A stretch of 64,000 bases of DNA, taken from contig JBCLES010000003.1 in the NCBI GenBank assembly GCA_038913135.1, positions 27,696 to 91,695 on the forward strand, given 5' to 3'. Source of the stretch: Anaerolineae bacterium (GTDB lineage: Bacteria > Chloroflexota > Anaerolineae > Epilineales > Epilineaceae). The notes beneath the pieces are model-generated. The model had not been told where the DNA came from, did no database searches, and saw nothing but the letters and a program-made list of their open reading frames with translations. Positions 53,132 through 61,031 of this stretch are shown piece by piece (position 1 is the stretch's first letter; the number at the start of each line of letters is the position of its first letter). A program made the position numbers and the translations under genes.

Positions 53132-54228
53132 ACGCGCACCCGCGATCTGCGTCCATCGCCACGGGGATCGTTCTCGTGCTCAGCGCATTCACGTTCCTCA
53201 ACCGGGCTGGGGCCGCGCCGACGGGCGACGAGCGCAGCGCAGCTCCCGACGTCATCGTCTGGATCACGCCGGTGGCGGATACGTGGGTCCAGATGCCGAT
53301 GGACGTACCATCCGGCATCGGGACCGTCGAGCCTGACGCGACACCGCGCGGGTCGGAGGGCACGCTTCGTGGGGGCTGGAACCATCTTTCGCCTGATGAG
53401 CGTTCGCTGCTCCGCTTCGCAATTCCGACCACGGAGCCGGGATTGGCACTCGAACAGGCGACGCTCGAACTCGAGATGCTCTATGCCGGCATATCGTACT
53501 ATTAATTCCCGGGACCAGACTTCGGGACGTTCGCGCTCTATCTTCGCCCGGTGACGAGCCCCTGGGACGAGTTGAGCGTGACCGGCGCCGGGCCCCTGCC
53601 CATGTTCGTCAGCCCCGCAGTTAGAGAAGACGTCCCATGGGGGCCGTGCGAGGACGGCCGATGCGGGACGGCGGCCATCGATGTGCGCCCACTCGTAGAG
53701 CGTTGGCTTGCCGATCGCGATTCGAATCACAGTCTGTCGATCGACGTGCGGGCGGCGGACCCCACGCCGTCGTTCGGCGCCTTTCTCGTCGCGGGCAGCC
53801 GCGAGTCGCGAACGGCGCCCGAGCTGATGCTGCGCTACGCGCCGTCCGGAGTCGATCCGACCCCGACGCCCGTCAGCGATGGCGCAGACCTTACTGGGCG
53901 CGCCGGCTTCGACTGCGCCAACGGAGGCGTTCGGCTCGTAATCATGAACGTCGGTATCGCCACCACCGGACCGTTCAGCGTCGTCTCGAGCGCGGGCCCG
54001 CGGTGGGAGATCCCGGGCGGGCTCGGGCCGGGTGAGGCGCACGAGATCTTCGACCCCGGCTCGTTGACACGACGCTATCGGGTCGATCCGGACAACGTCG
54101 TACGCGAAACCGACGAGACGAACAACGAGGTTCTCGTGGCGATCCCGGAATGCATGCCGCCTTCTCCGCCGCCTCCGGATCCCGACGCCAGACCGGCGCT
54201 GCTCCCGTGGGCCGGCAAACGGCGCTGA
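53128..54228 (+). pseudogene. Secreted DNRLRE-like + CARDB-domain protein interrupted by one in-frame TAA (53503-53505)
   Basis: ORFs 53128-53505 and 53551-54228 are in the same frame. The read-through sequence ...LEMLYAGISYY*FPGPDFGTFALYLRPVTSPWDELSVTG... is continuous for a DNRLRE-type domain. Signal peptide at the N-terminus; CARDB-like end (VRLVIMNVGIATTGPF...VRETDETNNE). Confidence 0.6.
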
Positions 54229-54477
54229 GCGCTCACGCTCGGTCTAGCGCCACCGGCAACCAGATCCGATTGGACAGCGGCAAACGGAGGACGATGACTC
54301 AATTCGCGCTCAACTGTTCCATGATGGTGTCCAACCTAGGCCGCCGCTAGATCGAACGCAACGGTCCGACCACCGGACCCATCTGAACGGGTACGGAAAG
54401 TCTATCCTGATCCGCAGATCCGACCGCCTGAGCACGATCTTGCAGAAGATTATCAAAACGTAGAGGGTGGAGAGGGT

Positions 54478-55539
54478 TTGAAGGTTATGACCAAACCGCT
54501 GCGCCGGGACAACCATTATTTGCCCTGCATGTACTTGAAACAGTGGGCGCAGGATGACGGCCGTGTGTGGATCTACAGGACTCTGGTTTCCCACAATGCT
54601 GTCCCACCCTGGAAGCGAGTTTCCCCGCGCGGGGCTGCCTTCCACAGACACCTGTATGTCCGCATCGTTGCTGGTGTCGAAACGGATGAGTTTGAACAGT
54701 GGCTCGACCAAGAGTTCGAGAGTCCTGCAGCGGCGCCACTACAAACAGCAACTTCGGGCGCGCGAATGACGCGGAGTGATTGGCGTCATTTGATACGCTT
54801 TGCGGCAGCCCAAGATGTGCGAACTCCAGCGCGGTTCGAGGCTGGATTGGCGCGCTGGGAACAAGACTTTTCGGAAGGCATGGAGACGTCTCTCCAAGAG
54901 ACGATGCGCGCAATCGAGAAGGCCGTGGAGGGCGGCAAGCCCTTACCAGAAGTGGCCACAGAGGAATCCGATGGCTTTCCGCTCCGTGTTATGTTAGAGC
55001 CCGGTGAGGATGGAGAAACAGGCCGGCTCGGCGTTGAAATTACTATTGGTCGTGGCCTTTGGCTCTGGGGCATGCGCCGGCTGCTTACGTCAACGCTGTC
55101 GATCCTGCAACAACACAAATGGACGGTGCTACGGCCCCCTGAGGGTTCTCGGTGGTTTACGACCGACAATCCGGTAGTGCGCCTGAATAACGCGAAGGGC
55201 GGAAGCTACGATTTTGGCGGAGGATGGAACAGGCCGGGCTCCGAAATACTCTTGCCTCTAGGGCCGCAGCACCTTCTATACACACAGGTTGGGAAGCGCC
55301 CTCCGCAGCGTGACTCCCGAGTGTCGGCCGAACACGCAGGATTATTTCGTCGGATCATTGCGGAGCACGCTCACAGGATGATCATTTGTGCAGAGCGTGA
55401 TGACGACGTGCCGGCGCTGCGGCCCCGAGTGGAAGATGACGACCTATATCGTCGCGACAAGGAACGTTGGTCTACGTGGCACGAGCATCAGTCCGCTGCA
55501 GAGCATGACGCCCTTGATACAGGTGGCGCGTCGCCCTAA
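54478..55539 (+). CDS. DUF4238 domain protein
   Basis: N-terminal RRDNHYLPCMYLKQWA matches the H-Y-(V/L)-P-x-x-Y-L-x-x-(F/W) start of DUF4238. GGTGGAGAGGG lies upstream of TTG 54478; ATG 54487 is an alternative. Lies in a visibly lower-GC segment. Confidence 0.7.
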   Translation: MKVMTKPLRRDNHYLPCMYLKQWAQDDGRVWIYRTLVSHNAVPPWKRVSPRGAAFHRHLYVRIVAGVETDEFEQWLDQEFESPAAAPLQTATSGARMTRSDWRHLIRFAAAQDVRTPARFEAGLARWEQDFSEGMETSLQETMRAIEKAVEGGKPLPEVATEESDGFPLRVMLEPGEDGETGRLGVEITIGRGLWLWGMRRLLTSTLSILQQHKWTVLRPPEGSRWFTTDNPVVRLNNAKGGSYDFGGGWNRPGSEILLPLGPQHLLYTQVGKRPPQRDSRVSAEHAGLFRRIIAEHAHRMIICAERDDDVPALRPRVEDDDLYRRDKERWSTWHEHQSAAEHDALDTGGASP

Positions 55540-55587
55540 TCGAAAGAGTCTGGTGGTGGGGCTACAAACCGAAGGGGACTTGATTGA

Positions 55588-56076
55588 GTGTCAAACTCCA
55601 AGAACATCGATAACCAAGAATCCGGGGGAGCGGCCGAAGAGGGCTTTCTTCAAGAAATCGTCCAGTTGTTTGTTGAGCCCGAGGTTCAACGCCGTGCGGC
55701 CCTTGGCGCTGTGGTCACACCCATCAAACTGGACCGCTTCCAGGTTCTTCTCTGGACCGATCGTAGTCCTGAGGTGCGGCTGAATAGCGAGGTGGAGCTC
55801 CTCGTCAAAGCCGAAGGCATTGACGCGACCGCCCTTACTCTTGATGAACGGGTAGAGATCCCCGAAAACGCCAGCATCACGGCTGTTCGCCCCGACGACC
55901 TAAATGCGGCACATGCAACGTTCTTTCAGCTTGGGAAGCGCGCGCACTTCTTGTTTGACTTTACGTACAATCGGGATCGTGAGCGAGGCGATTATAGACG
56001 ACTTCGATATGGGCCCGCCGAGGGTGTCGGACTGACGAAGATTGCCGCGACTCGGAATAGTATGAGCCGAGATTGA
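55588..56076 (+). CDS. Hypothetical 162-aa protein, no recognisable domain
   Basis: Same strand, 48 nt after the DUF4238 gene, with the same lower-GC composition. GTG start with GGGGA upstream. Confidence 0.5.
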   Translation: MSNSKNIDNQESGGAAEEGFLQEIVQLFVEPEVQRRAALGAVVTPIKLDRFQVLLWTDRSPEVRLNSEVELLVKAEGIDATALTLDERVEIPENASITAVRPDDLNAAHATFFQLGKRAHFLFDFTYNRDRERGDYRRLRYGPAEGVGLTKIAATRNSMSRD

Positions 56077-56268
56077 AACGCCGGAGGCGGAGCGGTTCAC
56101 TGCAAGTTGGGGTTCCGGTGTAACTCAACGATTGCATCGGGCGGTTTCCAAAATCCTCTATTGTCTGCCCGCGCAGAAAGGGGTACTGTGGTAGCCGGTA
56201 AACCCTTACGGACACTGGCCAAACGGTGTGTCAAAGAGGGTCGTTTTTGGACACGGCAGTCCCGAATC

Positions 56269-57303
56269 TCACTTGACCAAAGGCTCACCGACTGTCGTAA
56301 GCGGAGAAATCCGCGGAGTTGCTACTGCAACCCCTAGGCCAGCGGCGGGGAATGACCCAACGGCGGCAGCCAAATGGTCCCCGGCCCCTGCTGAGTGGCT
56401 CGCATCTTCATGCGGCAGGAGTGCGCCTATCAGAACGATGAGGGTCACCCCGCACAAGAAGGGTAGGGTTTGGATGCCATGCCTTCCGTGGCCCGAGTGT
56501 TGGACCTCAGGGATCAAGTTAACCATGGCTATGTAGAGGAACATGCCAGCCGCTGCCGCAATCAACCAAGTCAGGTTAGACATGACAAACGTGCGCCAGG
56601 TGAAAGCCGCCAACCCACCAAGCACTGCTGTCAAGGCTGTGAGCAGATTAAGAGCCAATGCCGTGGCCTTCGGCAGTCCGCTGCGCACGAGGATCGCGAA
56701 GTCTCCTATCTCGTGCGGTAGCTCATGCGCGGCGACGGCGAGCGTAGTCGACAAACCGGTCGCGGGGCTGATCATGAAGGCCACAGCGATCACCACGCCG
56801 TCGACGAAGTTGTGAACTGAGTCCCCAAGCAAGATCAGATAGCGGGCGTTTGAGGCGTGACCTGGCCGGACGTGATGGTCGTTCTCTACAGCCCTGGCGT
56901 TATCGAGAGCCCGCTCGAGCAGATAAAAACCCACTATCGCGACCAGAGTGGCCGTGAGCACAGGCTTCCCGTCAGCCCTCTCCAAGGCCTCCGGCAGCAG
57001 AGAGAGCAAGCTGGTCGTGATTAGGACGGCGGCGGCGAACGAGAGTAGTTGGAGCTCGAGCGTGGCAGTCCACACCCGCATCGATGTCACAAGCAGGCCG
57101 ACCAACGAAAGCAAGCTCACGCCAATTGTTGCGAGCAGCGTTGCCGTCAAGGCGCTCAAGAACGCCGCTCCTAAGAAGTCGAAGAGATGCCTGGGCGGAA
57201 GTATACTCTTGCGCCGGTGGCGCCGCACTCGGAGTCGTGTCCCGATAGCGAGGAGGCAGGATGTTGGGCCTCTGCTCGCCTTCGGCCGGTCCCTTATGCT
57301 CAT
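56269..57303 (-). CDS. ZIP family divalent-metal transporter
   Basis: HELPHEIGDFAILVRSGL and HNFVDGVVIAVAF motifs; 8 predicted TM-like segments. The track ORF (to 57489) has a junk-like Arg/Ser-rich extension, so it is trimmed to ATG 57303. The start is uncertain. Confidence 0.8.
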   Translation of the reverse strand: MSIRDRPKASRGPTSCLLAIGTRLRVRRHRRKSILPPRHLFDFLGAAFLSALTATLLATIGVSLLSLVGLLVTSMRVWTATLELQLLSFAAAVLITTSLLSLLPEALERADGKPVLTATLVAIVGFYLLERALDNARAVENDHHVRPGHASNARYLILLGDSVHNFVDGVVIAVAFMISPATGLSTTLAVAAHELPHEIGDFAILVRSGLPKATALALNLLTALTAVLGGLAAFTWRTFVMSNLTWLIAAAAGMFLYIAMVNLIPEVQHSGHGRHGIQTLPFLCGVTLIVLIGALLPHEDASHSAGAGDHLAAAVGSFPAAGLGVAVATPRISPLTTVGEPLVK

Positions 57304-57307
57304 ATCT

Positions 57308-57545
57308 CGGGTCCACTTGAATCCGCGCCTGTCCCAAATGCGGGACCGCCTCGAATAGCACCGAGCGCACATTCGCCACAACGCGTTGGCTCTCCACGAG
57401 CAGAAGCTCCTAGTCCACGATGATGACGAGCGCGGCGAGAATGTGGTGGCCGACCCACCGGGCTTGCGCGTTCGCAACGCGCTCGACACCGGGGACTTCG
57501 CTGGCGAAGTGTTCGATGCGGGTTATGATGCCAGGATCCCGAGTG
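57308..57545 (-). pseudogene. Remnant of a cation-diffusion-facilitator (CDF) transporter C-terminal cytoplasmic domain, with in-frame TAG (57410-57412)
   Basis: Hand translation gives LDCTRDPGIITRIEHFASEVPGVERVANAQARWVGHHILAALVIIVD*ELLLVESQRVVANVRSVLFEAVPHLGQARIQVDPRY. This fits the CDF C-terminal-domain (CTD) pattern (...PGV..V...R.R..G....V...I.VD...L....H.I...V...L.......V.I.V.P). No TM domain lies upstream. Confidence 0.5.
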
Positions 57546-57559
57546 CAGTCCAGACGGTT

Positions 57560-57574
57560 CGAATTCCGAATTCG
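57560..57574. promoter_or_regulatory. Perfect 7-1-7 palindrome CGAATTC-C-GAATTCG
   Basis: Read directly. It lies 6 nt beyond the YibE/F stop and upstream of the CDF remnant/ZIP gene. The 1-nt centre is too small for an RNA hairpin loop, so a dimeric DNA-binding site (Fur-family 7-1-7 architecture) is the more natural reading. Confidence 0.3.
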
Positions 57575-57579
57575 CTGGC

Positions 57580-58797
57580 TCAATGCGCGTGGCCGTGGTG
57601 AACGAAGCCATCGTCGTCGTCGGCATCGCTGAACGCACTTCGTCCAACGAGCCAACAGGCCAGAGCCGTCGTGATGGGCACAGCCGCGATCAACCCAGTG
57701 GATGCCACAAGAATGCGCACCACTTCTTCGGCGACCACCTCGTAGTTAATGGCCTGTCGGAACGGCAACTCGTCCCGCGTGAACAACAGGAGAAGTGGCA
57801 TCGCTGAACTCGCGTAAACCAGAACGAGCGTGTTGACCAGGGACGCAATGTGATCGCGGCCTACGTCCATCGCCCGCCGGTAGACCTCCAAGAGCGGTGC
57901 CTCTGGAAGCGCTCGTCGCATCTGTTGCACGATCGCAGCCTGGGAGATGGTGATGTCATCCAGGATACCAAGCAAGCCAATGACGATGCTCGCCATGAGC
58001 AATCCTCGGACGTTGATCTGTCCAGGTGACGCAGCTTGCAAGAAGTATACGTCCTCCGAGGCATATCCCGTAAGCCTTGTTGCATCCACCGCGACACGCG
58101 CCAGAAGCCCCGTTAGCACGAGTGATACGAGAGTGCCCGCCACGGCGGCCGCTGTCTTCCAGCTCCAGCCGTGGGACAGAGAAAACGTGACTGGGATGAG
58201 AAGCGCCGCTGCCATGATGGCGACGGCGATCGGATCACGACCCGCATTGATCTGGGGCAATACAAACACGAAGATCACAAAGAAAGATACGGCCATCCCG
58301 ACGAGCGAGGCGGCTCCTCGCCTTCGGCCCACCGCGATCGACACCACGACGAAGAGGCCAAAGAGCCACAGCATCGGCGCCCTCCGTACGTAGTCGGTGA
58401 TGTAGTAGACGGGTTCGCCGCTGGCATCACCTGACACCCCTAGGACCACTCGGTCTCCGACCTCGTAGCGGATCACCGCGACGGAGGCCCACTGGCCGTT
58501 TTCGATCGTCAAGGTCTCGCCCGCCCTGTCGCCCGAGACCAGTTCTACTTCGAGCGTCTGGAGGAGCTGTTGTTCACCGTTGTACAGATCGACGAGTTCT
58601 TCGGCAACGGCGCGAGTGATCACGGCCTCCACGACCTCGTTATCGCCGGCAACCGGCGCGCCGGAGTTCCCCTGCTGAGCCATCGCCGGAGTGGCGAGGA
58701 GGAGGATGAGACACGTAGGCGCCAATCCCAACAGACCGAGTCGCCACGGCCAATGGGCCCAACAATGAGACAAAGAGTGTCGCGCCAATCGATTCAT
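57580..58797 (-). CDS. YibE/F family membrane protein
   Basis: ATG at 58797 (MNRLARHS...signal...AMAQQ). N-terminal extracytoplasmic domain, then a multi-TM core with GILDDITISQAAIV and VNTLVLVYASSAMPLLLLF, typical of YibE/F. Confidence 0.8.
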   Translation of the reverse strand: MNRLARHSLSHCWAHWPWRLGLLGLAPTCLILLLATPAMAQQGNSGAPVAGDNEVVEAVITRAVAEELVDLYNGEQQLLQTLEVELVSGDRAGETLTIENGQWASVAVIRYEVGDRVVLGVSGDASGEPVYYITDYVRRAPMLWLFGLFVVVSIAVGRRRGAASLVGMAVSFFVIFVFVLPQINAGRDPIAVAIMAAALLIPVTFSLSHGWSWKTAAAVAGTLVSLVLTGLLARVAVDATRLTGYASEDVYFLQAASPGQINVRGLLMASIVIGLLGILDDITISQAAIVQQMRRALPEAPLLEVYRRAMDVGRDHIASLVNTLVLVYASSAMPLLLLFTRDELPFRQAINYEVVAEEVVRILVASTGLIAAVPITTALACWLVGRSAFSDADDDDGFVHHGHAH

Positions 58798-59401
58798 GGT
58801 TTGAGATCCAAGGGTGGAAAGCGATCCGCCTCGCGATCGAGACGGGGTTGCAGTAGCAAGTCGGCGAAAATCTCGGCTCGACAGAATCCCACCGCAATGA
58901 TGCATCTGGCGCGGGTCTGGCGTAACTCAACCAGTCTCCTTGAACGGTTTCATATACCCTCCAATATGCGCCCGGTCGGCGAAGCCGGCGTGGAGCCCGA
59001 AAGTCCACGCTGTTCGCGGTGAAGTAATCCGGTAGCGTAATCTACGTCACCATTCCAACCGTTCTTGCGAGTTTGTGGACTCAACTCGGGCGCGCCGAGG
59101 GCCCCCACCCGTGCGAACTGGGATCTTCCCGTCCCAAAGCGCCGCTGGTGTCGCGCCCCTGGGACTCGGCGCGAATAAGACCGTGCGTGCCGAACCCACC
59201 TGAACGCTTACTGATGACCAAGGAGCCCGTCGCCAAAGCCGTGCCGGCACCGCTGGATGACACCGAGGAGTTGACCCGGTCCCATGGACCCCGTACCGAG
59301 ATAGTCGCCCACATCACCCCGCTTCCCGACGCGATCGCCATCGTCCTATCCCATCTCAGCTCCGCCAATGATATCTTCACCAGCCTTCAATCGCCGTCAG
59401 G

Positions 59402-60601
59402 TCACTCGCCCAGCACATCCCCCGCCGGCACATCCGGCTGCCTGAACCGGAACCAGATCGGCAAGTGGTCGCTCACGCTGTGCTCGAAGCGGGCGAAGAA
59501 GTCGGCGCGGGACTGTTTATTCGGGAAATCGTTGATGCCATGACCGTGCAGCGCTTCCGCGAACAGGTTGACGAAGTCGATCACACCGTAGTCCGGCCCG
59601 CGTTCCTCGACGCCTAACACTTCCTGCGACAACTTGGTGCGCAGGCGGGCGTCCCTTGAAAAGATGCCGATCTGGTCGAAGGTCTGATCGACGCGGGCGT
59701 TCGTGCGCATCGGTTCACCCGAGGCAGCGAGCAACTGGACCGAATTGGGATGGGGATCGAGAAGAGGGAAGAGCACGTTCACGTCGTCGCCGGCCCTGAG
59801 GTTCAGGTCGCGTATCTCTTCGATGATTCGCGGCAAATCGTTGACCGGGTTCTCGAAGTCCAAGTTGAGGTCCGCGAGCAGAAGAAGGTTGCGCGACGCG
59901 CTCGCGTCACTGGCGTGGATAGTGCCCAGGAGCCACTTCAGGAGAGCGCTGAACTCCTGGCGCCTGTCGGAGGTGAATTGGCCGAAGTTCAGATGCGCGT
60001 TGACGGCCATGAATTGATAGCGCTCGGAACCAGGGTGGCCGAAGAGCTCGAATTCGACCCCAAAAGGTGTTCGGATGAAGGCGAGGAAGGTGGGCAGCTT
60101 GATCGCCGCGATATCGCCGGCCGCCACGCCAGGCTGGTTAGCGACGGGCGCGAGCGCGTCTGCGATGTCGTCGAGGTTCTCGGCGAGCGTCTGCAGCACC
60201 TTCGTCCTATCGTAAGTGACGTCGGTCACGACCCCCCGCCGACGCACGACGCTCGGGTTATAGATGAATGCCAGCCGTTCATCCAGGCCCGGTTCGTTCG
60301 GGAAAGCGCCGGTCGTGTCGGAGAAGATCAGCCCAAAGTCCTGCCCGATCCTGTCGACAATGTGCTCTAAGCCGGACGTGTTCGGCATGACTTCCTGGAT
60401 CGCCAAGAGGTCGAAGTGCCGGCAGATGTCTGCGAGGAAGCGCCACGTGTCCTCGTCGCGCGACTCGACGGCGCCGAGCTTCCGAATGTTGAACGACCCG
60501 GCGACGGCTGAGCCGTAAACGCGGGCTGGGAGGCCGTAGCGGGCTGGGTTGGCGTGGAGCGTGGCGCGGATTTGGCGCCATTCCTCGGGGCTGAAGTTCA
60601 T
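59402..60601 (-). CDS. Endonuclease/exonuclease/phosphatase (EEP) family protein, cytoplasmic
   Basis: ATG at 60601 after GGAGG. FNIRKLG..., FDLLAIQEV, AVNAHLNF, LLADLNLDF and the C-terminal SDHLPIWFRF are the canonical EEP/DNase I-like motif series. No signal peptide. Confidence 0.8.
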   Translation of the reverse strand: MNFSPEEWRQIRATLHANPARYGLPARVYGSAVAGSFNIRKLGAVESRDEDTWRFLADICRHFDLLAIQEVMPNTSGLEHIVDRIGQDFGLIFSDTTGAFPNEPGLDERLAFIYNPSVVRRRGVVTDVTYDRTKVLQTLAENLDDIADALAPVANQPGVAAGDIAAIKLPTFLAFIRTPFGVEFELFGHPGSERYQFMAVNAHLNFGQFTSDRRQEFSALLKWLLGTIHASDASASRNLLLLADLNLDFENPVNDLPRIIEEIRDLNLRAGDDVNVLFPLLDPHPNSVQLLAASGEPMRTNARVDQTFDQIGIFSRDARLRTKLSQEVLGVEERGPDYGVIDFVNLFAEALHGHGINDFPNKQSRADFFARFEHSVSDHLPIWFRFRQPDVPAGDVLGE

Positions 60602-61031
60602 GGGATCCTCCGATAGCGACGGCGCCATTGCCAACCGCTTCCGCAAAGTCGCCGCGCATGCCTGGCGATACGGTGGTGTAAGCCTATCCGGGTGTCGATC
60701 TGGACGTGGTTGCATCCCTAACGGGCTAATCTGGGCGGAGAACGTCGAGTATAACTGGAAGTGTCACAGCCTCAGCTTCGCACAATCGTACGCTGGAGCG
60801 CTGGGTGGGCCAATCCACTTCATCCGAAAAGGAGATCCCATGGACGATCCGACCACGGCGCGTCCCCGTCCCCGCCCCCTTCCGCCCAAAACCCGACTCG
60901 CGCCGCCACCAAAGTTGGGGTAAGTTTCCGATGTGAAGGCGAGCCGATCCCTCCGGGTCGCAGAGATCCGGCTGATCCTGACGTTCGACGGCTCGACTTG
61001 CCGCGCTTGACTCGGATCGGAGGGAAGGCTC

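Noticed and set aside
53071-54042. 323-aa minus-strand ORF
   Set aside because: Antisense to the DNRLRE/CARDB gene, extremely Arg-rich, with no recognisable motif.
56150-56300. Fragments resembling cobalamin-riboswitch elements (GGACACTGGCCAAACGGTG, AAAGGGG...GGTAA)
   Set aside because: No convincing B12 box (the CC-x-GCC part is absent). On the plus strand there is no downstream gene to regulate, and on the minus strand it would be a 3' UTR.
58975-59000. GAAAGTCC-containing stretch reminiscent of the RNase P RNA P4 region
   Set aside because: The surrounding consensus (GAGGAAAGUCCGGGC, the distal ACAGAA..., the GGUAAG motifs) is absent.
59073-59543. 156-aa plus-strand ORF in the gap upstream of the EEP gene's 3' end
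   Set aside because: Pro/Ser/Arg-rich with no RBS, and it overlaps the EEP 3' end by ~140 nt. It is not credible as a gene, although the region itself is flagged as unexplained.
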